A stretch of 64,000 nucleotides of DNA from a virus. Taxonomy: Duplodnaviria; Caudoviricetes. The notes under the pieces are model-generated. The model searched no databases. It saw only the letters and a program-made list of their open reading frames with translations, and was not told the origin of the DNA. The translations under genes were made by a program, and so were the position numbers. Location of the stretch: IMG/VR virus record IMGVR_UViG_3300029288_000065, positions 128,001 through 192,000 of that record; one strand, written 5' to 3'. This document shows positions 54,067-62,698 of the stretch, one piece after another. Positions within the stretch are counted from its first letter, which is position 1; every line of letters starts with the position of its first letter.

Positions 54067-54985
54067 GTTTCACCTTTTGTTTGAAGCTCTTTTCTGCGTC
54101 TGATAATGCTTGCTTTTTGGTAAGCAAGTTTTCTAACTCTTTGTTGTGTTCTTTCAATTCTTCTTGAGCATTCTTTATAGCTTCTTCATCGTCTTTAATA
54201 TCTCTTTCTGTATTGTCAACGTTCCATTGGTTTGACTTTTTGATTCGTTTGAAGATTAGGGATGCAAATTGTTCGAAACATTTTGGATCAGAAATATGGA
54301 TATCTACATTATCGAATTGTATTAAGTCATTTACCTGTTGGATATCATCAGAGATTTCATCTGTTGTCCAAGGGCTATTCAAGACTAAAGTGTATCCATA
54401 TGTTTTACATCCATCAGTAGACCCAATATTTCCATTTCTTAATCCGATCTTGACTTCTGGTATTAGTTTGGATACCTCTTCCATGAAGTCTTTTATAATG
54501 TTTCCTTCTGTCGTTGGTACTCTTTTCTTGGCTTCTTCTATTACTTTTTCAATCTCTTCCCATGGGAAAATTAGTTTCGATGTTTTTCGTCCTTCATCTT
54601 CACCATAACTATTATATCTGAAATCAAAGAAATTTATGATCAGTTTCCAGGTGTTGGTTGGCGGATTTTCTTTATCATGATAATGATAAACATCTTTCGC
54701 TACCCTAATTCGTACAAGTCGTGGAAGGTTAATTCTAAACTCTATTTCTTTCCATATTTCTCTTTTATCACCCCATGTTTCATAACTTAATCGTTCGACG
54801 GTTATTCTTCCACCAAATCGATCATAAATTATCTTTACGATTTCTTTACCCCGTTTATCAATTTCTTTACTGATTTGTTCTCTAATTGGTTGGTCTAAAT
54901 CGTAATTCTTACTCTTCTGATCGGGATCTTTTGTATAAGCTGTCATCTTGGGGAACGGTTTATCCAGGATTTCATCAATGGTCAT
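54047..54985 (-). CDS. DP-motif family protein with coiled-coil tail
   Basis: IHISDPKCFEQFASLI; AGGAG RBS. Confidence 0.7.
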   Translation of the reverse strand: MTIDEILDKPFPKMTAYTKDPDQKSKNYDLDQPIREQISKEIDKRGKEIVKIIYDRFGGRITVERLSYETWGDKREIWKEIEFRINLPRLVRIRVAKDVYHYHDKENPPTNTWKLIINFFDFRYNSYGEDEGRKTSKLIFPWEEIEKVIEEAKKRVPTTEGNIIKDFMEEVSKLIPEVKIGLRNGNIGSTDGCKTYGYTLVLNSPWTTDEISDDIQQVNDLIQFDNVDIHISDPKCFEQFASLIFKRIKKSNQWNVDNTERDIKDDEEAIKNAQEELKEHNKELENLLTKKQALSDAEKSFKQKVKHANQSP

Positions 54986-55002
54986 GTTTTCTCCTACGTA
55001 TA

Positions 55003-55027
55003 GGGCGGGGGAAACTATCCCCCGCCC
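55003..55027 (-). terminator. GC-rich hairpin
   Basis: gggcggggga/tcccccgccc 10-bp stem. Confidence 0.55.
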
Positions 55028-55038
55028 GTCTTTCCTTT

Positions 55039-55203
55039 CTATACCAAGAACAATCCACGTCGTGCTTTTCTATCCACAATATTTAGTGGAGAAGGAGGCA
55101 CAATACAGGGACGAAACTTGGATTTCTCAACCTTATCTTTCTCATATTCCCTGGCCTTCTGAGCGACTTTGGAAATCCCAAAATCTCTCTGGAAAATCAT
55201 CAT
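55039..55203 (-). CDS. Small hypothetical protein (54 aa, not in the ORF track)
   Basis: GAAAGG RBS; MMIFQRDFGISKVAQK... Confidence 0.45.
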   Translation of the reverse strand: MMIFQRDFGISKVAQKAREYEKDKVEKSKFRPCIVPPSPLNIVDRKARRGLFLV

Positions 55204-55224
55204 GGTTTGCCTTTCTTCAAAGGT

Positions 55225-55899
55225 TTAAGCTACGAAATGAGGAGTCTGGGGTTTGATAACACCATCGTCAACCAGCTTCCGGTAAACCTGCGCCAGCTTC
55301 GGATCCAGCATCTGGTTGGCATGCAGGAAATTCGTCGGCTTGAGATTCTGAGCAACCTCGAAAATCTCAGTCCACGAATCAGCCTTGCCAGTAGCCTCGT
55401 CCGCAGCCTTCATCAGCAACGGAAGCAACGTCTCAATAAGCTTGAGACCCTTCTCCGTCAGAGTGATCTCAGTGTCAGTAATGACGCACTTATCGTACGC
55501 AGCCGCAGCCGCTTCCTTCCCGTAGACCGCTTCGAAAGCAGCCTTGATCTCATCTTCCTTGTCCACGCCGATCTTACTGTACTTCTCGACCTGGACGAAG
55601 GTGATGGGGCCTTCTTCACCGGCCTTGACCTTGACACTGGGGTGGAACTTGCCGGCTTCCTGACAGTGTTTGGTCTTGACATCGATACAAGCGGGTCGGA
55701 GGACAGCTTCAGCCTGCTTACGCAGGGATTCGGCGGTCTTTTCGACTTGCTTCTGTTCGATGATGGTCTTGATTGCAGAAACGATTTCGGGGGACTGTGG
55801 GAGTTCCAGAACCGGTGCCGCGTCCTTCTTGGGAGCGGGAGGGGCTGCCTTGGCAGCACTCTTCAGTAGACTTGCGACGTTCGCCTTCGCCATTGTCAT
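55225..55899 (-). CDS. Hypothetical protein, probably highly expressed
   Basis: AAGGAG RBS; C/G-rich synonymous codons. Confidence 0.8.
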   Translation of the reverse strand: MTMAKANVASLLKSAAKAAPPAPKKDAAPVLELPQSPEIVSAIKTIIEQKQVEKTAESLRKQAEAVLRPACIDVKTKHCQEAGKFHPSVKVKAGEEGPITFVQVEKYSKIGVDKEDEIKAAFEAVYGKEAAAAAYDKCVITDTEITLTEKGLKLIETLLPLLMKAADEATGKADSWTEIFEVAQNLKPTNFLHANQMLDPKLAQVYRKLVDDGVIKPQTPHFVA

Positions 55900-56273
55900 G
55901 TCTCCTTTTGGTTTTCGTCTTTTTGAGTGATATCGTTTGCTGAGGTCTCTGTCAACATCTGTTTCGCTTCTCGGAGTACATCATCATAATTTAATATATC
56001 AAATTTCTTTCCCTTCCATATTAGGGTATCATTCTCCAATGTAATAACCCTGGATACACTGGTAGTAACTCTACCTACTACATGTTGCATACACTCACAG
56101 AAGAATCTTACTTTCACCTCCTCTTTTGGGTTTGCGAGTTCCTTACTCCTAATCTTGAGTGAGATATTCATTACATAAGTTGCTTCCATGAAATGAGTTT
56201 GTTTGATGGTAATTCCTGCTGAGGCAGATCTTTCCTCTCTTTCAGTCATCACTGTCTGCCTTTGTACAACCAC
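55896..56273 (-). CDS. Hypothetical protein
   Basis: ATGA overlap; start uncertain. Confidence 0.5.
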   Translation of the reverse strand: MVVQRQTVMTEREERSASAGITIKQTHFMEATYVMNISLKIRSKELANPKEEVKVRFFCECMQHVVGRVTTSVSRVITLENDTLIWKGKKFDILNYDDVLREAKQMLTETSANDITQKDENQKET

Positions 56274-56484
56274 CAGAAACCTTCTCCCACCTACCCAATC
56301 TTCCTTCGTCTGGTTTGAACTGCTCTACCGTGACTCCACCACCGATACGGCACAACCATACCCGAATGGTTCCAGTATCAACCTTACAACTACAACATTG
56401 TCCTTGAAATAATGTTGGGAGATCCTTCAGTGCTTTCGCATCCCATTTAGCCATTTGGCGTCCCTTTCTCAGCATTTGACGCAA
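56242..56484 (-). CDS. Hypothetical protein
   Basis: Operon position; probable start at MAKW. Confidence 0.5.
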   Translation of the reverse strand: MRQMLRKGRQMAKWDAKALKDLPTLFQGQCCSCKVDTGTIRVWLCRIGGGVTVEQFKPDEGRLGRWEKVSGGCTKADSDD

Positions 56485-57601
56485 TCATAAAGTGCTCAAA
56501 CGTCGGGAATTCTTCACAGCTACCTTCAAGATCATATTCCTGAGAAACCAGATCACCGATATACCCCTGAAAGCGACGACTCGCCTCAGGATTCAGAATA
56601 TGGGTTGCCAACTCGGTGGTGAAATTCTGGATCGTATAAACCGTTGCCTTAGTCGGCAATGTCCGCATCCTCTTCTTGCTGATAGCGTCCAACTGAACCA
56701 CGCCATAAATTTCTTTAATATCACCACTTCGCTTGTAAAGATCAGCCAGGACTGCATTCCTCATATCGTCCTTTTCTGGCTTGGTATTCCCACAGATTTC
56801 TTTCATCATATCAGATTTGAAGTCATTCAGATTCAGCTTCCAGATGAATTGGGCCAGTCTAACAACCTCATTCACGGAGGCCCATGACTTCTGAGCCGAC
56901 TCAATTCTATTCCTAAGAGCAACAAAACCATCCTCATTACTATAACTCTCCAAAATCCGTTGGAGAGTCCCACCAATCTGGGTATCCCCAATGTTGATCC
57001 CGCTGTGGAATGCCTTACTGTAGGCAACCAGACCATTCTTACAGGCTTGTCGGAGAAGAGAGAGATATACTGACGGTTTTCCATAGCCGTCGATTGGGGC
57101 TTCCAGAGTTAGGCGCGGCTTGTGATCATCTTCACCGATCTTGAAAAGGACATCACTCCGTGGAGGGTGACGACTTACGATTACCCCACTTCGATACTCT
57201 ACGCCACGGGTATCCAAATTATTGAGCGTTGTGATTAGAGTCGTGCAGTCCAGGATATTCTTGTCAGGACCAGATACTCCAAGTAGGGTTGGCTTGAACG
57301 TCTTGGAGTCCTCTTGTTCTGATGGGGTTGTTTGGATTGCCACTCGAATATTGTCGTTCGGTACAGCGGCAGTGATCCTTGCGAATACTTCTGCATGGGT
57401 GAAGTATCGGAAGATTGATGGGCCGAATCCGAATCGGCTGCAGAGACTATCCCAGAATCTCTGGGATGGTTCGCAATATTGGCTGTCAATCTGGACGGAA
57501 GTTACTTCTTGTCTGCCTTTCTCGTCCTTTTCGACATTGACTTTGAAATCCTGGATGGACTTGATCTTGTAGTCGATCGCAGGAATCGTGACTTGTGCCA
57601 T
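56447..57601 (-). CDS. DUF932-like protein
   Basis: IDGYG...YLSLLRQACKNGLV, TVY...NF.TE.ATH. Confidence 0.65.
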   Translation of the reverse strand: MAQVTIPAIDYKIKSIQDFKVNVEKDEKGRQEVTSVQIDSQYCEPSQRFWDSLCSRFGFGPSIFRYFTHAEVFARITAAVPNDNIRVAIQTTPSEQEDSKTFKPTLLGVSGPDKNILDCTTLITTLNNLDTRGVEYRSGVIVSRHPPRSDVLFKIGEDDHKPRLTLEAPIDGYGKPSVYLSLLRQACKNGLVAYSKAFHSGINIGDTQIGGTLQRILESYSNEDGFVALRNRIESAQKSWASVNEVVRLAQFIWKLNLNDFKSDMMKEICGNTKPEKDDMRNAVLADLYKRSGDIKEIYGVVQLDAISKKRMRTLPTKATVYTIQNFTTELATHILNPEASRRFQGYIGDLVSQEYDLEGSCEEFPTFEHFMIASNAEKGTPNG

Positions 57602-57604
57602 TGT

Positions 57605-58768
57605 TTACCCTCCAAATCCAGAAAGCCTTGTGGACATATTCTTCTTCACCATTACCCCTTGTCTCTTTGTATACCGGATCGTATTTCCATTCCCTTCCAG
57701 AACCTTCGGTAACATTACTGGTTTGGGTAGAATATTCCGAATTACCACACTGGAAATTAACTCTATCTGATGGCCTCCTTTGATGGAGCGCCATTCCGTG
57801 TTATCCCAGATATATTGTTCTCTTGGCTTGGCTGTTTTGGCATAGGGATATGGGGTTTTGTCAGATTGTACGATTCTTGCTACTTTGGTCGGGTCTGCTG
57901 GATTCTTTCTTAGGACTCGACCTGACATCTGCATTGTTGGCAACTTCCCACTATCCCTTACCCAGACTGTCTGTAGATCTGGAGCATCAAATCCTTCGGT
58001 CAAGAGGTAAACATTGACGAGTGCTTTGAGTGCCCCCTCTTCGAACCTTGTATAAATATCGTCTTTTTGGGTTTGGGACAAGTTACCAAGAATTACTTCA
58101 CATTGCAGTCCTTTGTCTGCGACGTGTTTCTTGAATTCATAGCATTGGTCTGCGTTTTTGAAGTAGAAGATTGATTTCCCCCATTCGTCTGGTTTTTCCA
58201 GGTATCGTTGGGCGACGAAGTAGGGCGTCCATTCCGGGACTACGTATTGGTCGAAGTTGGCAAGATATCCTTGTTCGATTAGGAATCTGACACCACAGTC
58301 CGAAATTATTTTCTCGAATGCCAGTTTGATTTTGTCTGTTCGGAATGGTGTGGCTGTTAGTCCTAGGAAGTATAGTGCTTTCATATTATGGTGGAGTGCC
58401 AGGCACGTGTCGGCTGCGTCGTGTTGTGCTTCGTCGGTGATCATGAATTCCGCTTGGGGCGGGTTCTTGTCGAACATTGAAATAAATTTAATATTCTTAA
58501 CACCAATACGCTCATTTTCTTTCTTTGCCTGGTCTAGAAGTTTGCGGCGCATTGCCACCCAGTTTATTCGTATATTTAGTTCATCCTCCAGGAATTTACA
58601 TATAATAAGTCCCATAGAGCTTTTCCCTGATCCTGTTGGGCTTTCGATTAGAACTGATTTATTTATTTGGAATGCATCAAGTGCTTTTCCGATGATTCTA
58701 ATTTGATATTCTCTTGGTTCCAGGGTTGTGTTTTCTCTGATGAAGTTAAGAATTTTGTCTTGGTTCAT
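57605..58768 (-). CDS. Superfamily 2 (DEAD/DEAH-like) helicase
   Basis: PREYQ, SPTGSGKS, DEAQH, GLTATPFR, LTEGFDAP, QMSGRVLR. Confidence 0.9.
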   Translation of the reverse strand: MNQDKILNFIRENTTLEPREYQIRIIGKALDAFQINKSVLIESPTGSGKSSMGLIICKFLEDELNIRINWVAMRRKLLDQAKKENERIGVKNIKFISMFDKNPPQAEFMITDEAQHDAADTCLALHHNMKALYFLGLTATPFRTDKIKLAFEKIISDCGVRFLIEQGYLANFDQYVVPEWTPYFVAQRYLEKPDEWGKSIFYFKNADQCYEFKKHVADKGLQCEVILGNLSQTQKDDIYTRFEEGALKALVNVYLLTEGFDAPDLQTVWVRDSGKLPTMQMSGRVLRKNPADPTKVARIVQSDKTPYPYAKTAKPREQYIWDNTEWRSIKGGHQIELISSVVIRNILPKPVMLPKVLEGNGNTIRYTKRQGVMVKKNMSTRLSGFGG

Positions 58769-59363
58769 TTTCTTCCTCCTTCTGGTGTGGACAATATCCG
58801 AATAAACCAATCGAGTAATTGCAATTTATACAAAGAACTCTGAAACCATCTGGCCATTTTTTGTTTCTAAGCCATCTATAAATTCCACCACTTCCACCTC
58901 CTATTTCTTTCCTGTGTACATTTCCTCCTCCATTCATATGATCAATCGTAAGGAATTCTAAATGGCATTCACCGCAACATGCACATTTGGGAGGAATACC
59001 ACCATATTTTTCTAATGCGTTCTTCTTATCACGGATATTCCTCTTTTTCCTAGCTTCACAATATATGGGTTTCATACACTTTTTACAGATATTATGTCTT
59101 GTTTCGGTTTGTGAATCTTTTTTGAAGAATTCTTTAATGGGCAATAACAATTTGCATTTTTTACAAATAATCTTATTTTTCTGTTTTTTACTCTTTTTCA
59201 AGCAACCACAACTCCGGATGCCACCTAATTGTGTTAAATGGTGACTTCTACATGTTGTTATCACACCACAATCGCAACGACATTTCCAAAGGGCTGTTTT
59301 ACCCTTTGACCCTGCGCGGCAAAGGACAAACAATTTTCCGAATCTTTGTCTTGTCAGATCCAT
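58746..59363 (-). mobile_element. Free-standing HNH homing endonuclease gene
   Basis: MDLT.QRFGKL.V...WKC.CDCG...SCGC N-terminus; CACCGE..FLTIDH.NG.G..HR...VLC.NCN...CPH. Confidence 0.85.
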
Positions 59364-59371
59364 GGTTTTCT

Positions 59372-59417
59372 CCTACGGTAAATGGTATGACACCCATTGC
59401 CTACCATCTACCGTAGG
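59372..59417 (-). promoter_or_regulatory. Hairpin occluding the HNH RBS
   Basis: 16-bp stem cctacggtagatggta/taccatttaccgtagg overlapping TAGGAG. Confidence 0.75.
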
Positions 59418-59463
59418 TTTGCCTTTCTACTTGTTGATATCGTGGTGAGACGCGGCATAAAAG

Positions 59464-59700
59464 CTAGCAGGTGATCGAATTCGTCCCGTTACTACAAAAG
59501 TAGCCACCTACTGGTGATACCGGTCCCCAAATCTCCGGAGGGATTGGTAATTCTCTGTTTCTTTTGATGTCCCATACTCGTACTTCTTCGGTCTTATAAA
59601 ATTTCTTGACGGCATCTACCTGGGCTAGTGCTAGTCCAGGTAGTGTTGCGGTTACTTTGTCTTCCCAGCCAGATTCTGTTTTGATCTGGATCTCGTACAT
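59464..59700 (-). CDS. Hypothetical protein
   Basis: Operon spacing. Confidence 0.5.
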   Translation of the reverse strand: MYEIQIKTESGWEDKVTATLPGLALAQVDAVKKFYKTEEVRVWDIKRNRELPIPPEIWGPVSPVGGYFCSNGTNSITC

Positions 59701-59704
59701 TTTA

Positions 59705-59917
59705 TTACCCTTGTTTGGGAGGTGATGTTCTCAACAATAATGACATTGGAATCCAACGGAATTCCCCTGCAACATTTGCCATAAGGAATTCCGTCCTGGT
59801 CTTACCATCATCAAGATCAATAACTGAGGTGTCGAAAACTGGATAATGACCATTCTCCTTGAAGCCGTCTGGGATTTGTACACCTTTCTTAAAGTGTACG
59901 AAAAGTTGACCCGTCAT
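59705..59917 (-). CDS. Hypothetical protein
   Basis: AAGGAG RBS; ATGA overlap. Confidence 0.6.
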   Translation of the reverse strand: MTGQLFVHFKKGVQIPDGFKENGHYPVFDTSVIDLDDGKTRTEFLMANVAGEFRWIPMSLLLRTSPPKQG

Positions 59918-60237
59918 GCGCTCTCCTTGATTACCATCGGGTGCTTACTGGCCCCGCGAACAATACCACAAAACTTTGTGGTATAAATCCCAAGCTCGTC
60001 AAACAACTTTGCTGTTTTGGATGTCCTGACCAGGATAGGAATCCTCTGCTGTTCTCGGATTTGCCTCATTAGGAAAGCATCGGGACGCTCGTTAGTCTGA
60101 ACTCCCTTCAGATCCAGACGAGTAATTTCGTCCCATATATATTCAAAGGATTCCTTGTCTACCACCAGCGAGGTGATTGGCTCTTCTTCAGTTGGCTCCG
60201 AAACCAGGTGGGAGGTGATAGATTCAAGCTTCAGCAT
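59914..60237 (-). CDS. Hypothetical protein
   Basis: AAGGAG RBS. Confidence 0.65.
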   Translation of the reverse strand: MLKLESITSHLVSEPTEEEPITSLVVDKESFEYIWDEITRLDLKGVQTNERPDAFLMRQIREQQRIPILVRTSKTAKLFDELGIYTTKFCGIVRGASKHPMVIKESA

Positions 60238-60259
60238 GTGATTCTCCTTGGCACGTCAT

Positions 60260-60997
60260 TTAGAGGTCAAGGACCCGATGCCCCAACGCGGCGAACTTGG
60301 CAACGACCTGCTGGCTAGCGCCAGCTTCTGCGACAGTAGAATAGACCTCCTGCATGACCGGAGCGACGCTCTGCTCGTTCTCGTCTTCGTCGTCTCCGAG
60401 GTTAAGTTTGCGTGCCCCGATAGCAGCAAACTTAACCGACATTACTTCCTTGACCTTACTGTACAACCGCTTGAGGTAGGCACGTACTGCTTCGACAAAC
60501 TTATGCCCTTCTCCGGAGGCTACGTCTGCTCTACCAAATTTGATCTTTCGTCCTTCTTCTTGTATCTCACCCTCGAGAATCAAGGAATCGGTCTTGTTCA
60601 GCAAGAGCCGAGTAGTTTCCTTGGTCCAACTATTAAGGATTTCTACGTAGACGTACCTGGTGGGATCATAGTTACCAATAAACGTGAGATTATTCCCCAT
60701 CCTGGACACCCATTGAATCCGACCGATCTTGTTCTGGGTACCCAATTCCTGGGCAGTCTTGACTTCCTGCTGAAGCTGTTCAGAGGTGACCAGCTTGTAG
60801 CCCTTTGCTTCCTTTTCAGCTACTTTCTTGTCAATGAATCGGTCGCGGGCGCTTTGGCTTCCGAAGTCTTTGATTTGTTCTTGGCCGGTTTCTCCGACTC
60901 GTCCCCATTGGATTCGGACTTGGTCGCTGCCGATTTCTTCATAACTCCATGACTTGTTGTGATGGTCCTCCTGGCAGACGTAATTGTGTTTTGCCAT
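60260..60997 (-). CDS. WGR-domain protein
   Basis: HNKSWSYE...IQWGRVGETGQ.Q.K.F...EKEAKGY. Confidence 0.85.
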   Translation of the reverse strand: MAKHNYVCQEDHHNKSWSYEEIGSDQVRIQWGRVGETGQEQIKDFGSQSARDRFIDKKVAEKEAKGYKLVTSEQLQQEVKTAQELGTQNKIGRIQWVSRMGNNLTFIGNYDPTRYVYVEILNSWTKETTRLLLNKTDSLILEGEIQEEGRKIKFGRADVASGEGHKFVEAVRAYLKRLYSKVKEVMSVKFAAIGARKLNLGDDEDENEQSVAPVMQEVYSTVAEAGASQQVVAKFAALGHRVLDL

Positions 60998-61352
60998 CTT
61001 CCTGTCTCCTTTTTTCGTGTGGACAAATACCATAAATATTCTTGGCACAGTTACAATTCCAACATAATGGTTGGAGATCTTTTGGAAAATTATTCTTAAT
61101 TACCCACCTATAGAAAGCATCTCCTCCAGCTTTTGGTCTTCCTAATTGCTTCCTGTGTTCGGCACCATTGTTGTTTATATGGTCCAGGGTTAAGAAGTCA
61201 ATTCCCTCTCCACAACAAACACATTTTCTTCCATAATGATTAAAAACTATTTCTCTCAATTTAAAAAGATGGAGGAAAGAACATCCAGAAGAGTTTTGTC
61301 TTATTTCTCCAAGACCTTGTTTTCGTCCAACTTCTTCCCATCCTTTACCCAA
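60939..61352 (-). mobile_element. Second HNH endonuclease, probably N-terminally truncated
   Basis: YGRKCVCCGE..FLTLDHINNNG..HR...LCWNCN...CPH; no convincing start or RBS. Confidence 0.7.
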
Positions 61353-61552
61353 TAAACCGAATTCTGTCCAGGCAATGATTGCTGACTATACCCCTGCTCC
61401 ATGGCCTTCTCTCTAATCATCCTCTCCCCATGATTATAAGAGATAACTATTGCGGTAATGCATACGCCAATAATAAGAATACCAAACACGACCCAAAATT
61501 CTTGTTGTTTGACGAGAGAGTTCCAAAATCCCTTTTCTTCTTCTTGTGCCAT
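61301..61552 (-). CDS. Small membrane protein
   Basis: TM FWVVFGILIIGVCITAIVISY. Confidence 0.65.
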   Translation of the reverse strand: MAQEEEKGFWNSLVKQQEFWVVFGILIIGVCITAIVISYNHGERMIREKAMEQGYSQQSLPGQNSVYWVKDGKKLDENKVLEK

Positions 61553-62025
61553 TACTTCCTCACTTTCTTGGCTTGTTCCATCAGAATCTCTGAAACTTCA
61601 GCGATGTTTCCTACGTTTATTACCTTCCCTTTCATGTCCCAGAAAGTCTTCGTCTCAGGGTCAAATAAAAAAGGCATCCTGGTAATATTGCACTTCCCTT
61701 TCAGAACAATCAACAATAGTCCAGCAATACCAAGAGAAGCATCTGGTGATGCCAATTCCTCCGTTACAATCCTTAGATTGGTTAATCCTACTATATTGTC
61801 GTTGCCGAAGTTCCTTCCCTTCAGTTTTAATGCCGTTCGTTTCTCTAAGAACTTTAGGAAATTGCTTTTGAGACTCACCTCATAAAATGGTGCATCAATA
61901 TCACTTTTGTTTAAGGTAATAACAGAATCGGCTCCGTATCCTAGTTTCTTGAGACTTATACTAACCTTTCCATTCCCCAAGTCCTCATAACAAGACATAT
62001 ATTCTTCAAGGAGCTTCGGTCTCAT
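61552..62025 (-). CDS. Hypothetical protein
   Basis: RBS and operon spacing. Confidence 0.6.
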   Translation of the reverse strand: MRPKLLEEYMSCYEDLGNGKVSISLKKLGYGADSVITLNKSDIDAPFYEVSLKSNFLKFLEKRTALKLKGRNFGNDNIVGLTNLRIVTEELASPDASLGIAGLLLIVLKGKCNITRMPFLFDPETKTFWDMKGKVINVGNIAEVSEILMEQAKKVRK

Positions 62026-62698
62026 CTTCCCTCTCCAATCCCAAGTATTGTAGACCGAATGGATGTTTCATTATACCATTGTCTACGCAACCGTTGGGGT
62101 CAGGAAGGATAACTCTCAGGATTGGGCGGTCGGTCTCAGTGAAACCAGCTTTGAATGTGATTGGATATTCACCAAGTAACGAGTAGTCACGTTCACCTGG
62201 CAGAAAAACTTTTCCATTCTTGATTTGGTTTGTGAGATTATGGAGAATCTCATTTGCCATCTTATTTGGTAGTGGAACTACGATTTGGAGATCAAGATGA
62301 TTCCATTTCTCCTTGATACCATGAGTATGGATATTTACCATTTGATGTTTATAACCTTCGCCTACATAATGGGCAAACCATCCAAACTTTTCAATACATT
62401 CTTTTTCCCATCTATCTTGTTCTTCATTTCCATACTTGCAGCGTGCACATTCACATTCCTCTTTTTCACACCCACATTCTTCTTCAGGTGCTTCTTCCAG
62501 GACAATTTTGCTGTTGACTTTTACAGCAATGTCGCCCATTGTCTTGGCTACCAAGATTTTATTCCCGTTTGGCATGACTACCATAACGGGGGAAGTATCA
62601 ATTGTTTCTTCTGTAACTGGAGCTGCCAATCTTTTGAATTCGTTGATTTCGTCCAGTGTGAATCCTGTTTTCCTTAGGTTTTTAATGTTTACCTTCAA
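62006..62698 (-). CDS. DUF4262-like protein
   Basis: FGWFAHYV...NIHTHG...HLDLQIV...LRVILPD.NG. Confidence 0.6.
   Translation of the reverse strand: MKVNIKNLRKTGFTLDEINEFKRLAAPVTEETIDTSPVMVVMPNGNKILVAKTMGDIAVKVNSKIVLEEAPEEECGCEKEECECARCKYGNEEQDRWEKECIEKFGWFAHYVGEGYKHQMVNIHTHGIKEKWNHLDLQIVVPLPNKMANEILHNLTNQIKNGKVFLPGERDYSLLGEYPITFKAGFTETDRPILRVILPDPNGCVDNGIMKHPFGLQYLGLEREDETEAP

Noticed and set aside
59415-59430. GGCAAACC resembling a c-di-GMP-I riboswitch
   Set aside because: No GNRA-capped stem or downstream consensus; the simple RBS-occluding hairpin explains the region.
60248-60952. 234-aa + strand ORF (similarly 41438-42145, 45228-45851, 55207-55869)
   Set aside because: Antisense shadows of well-supported minus-strand genes with C/G-rich third positions.
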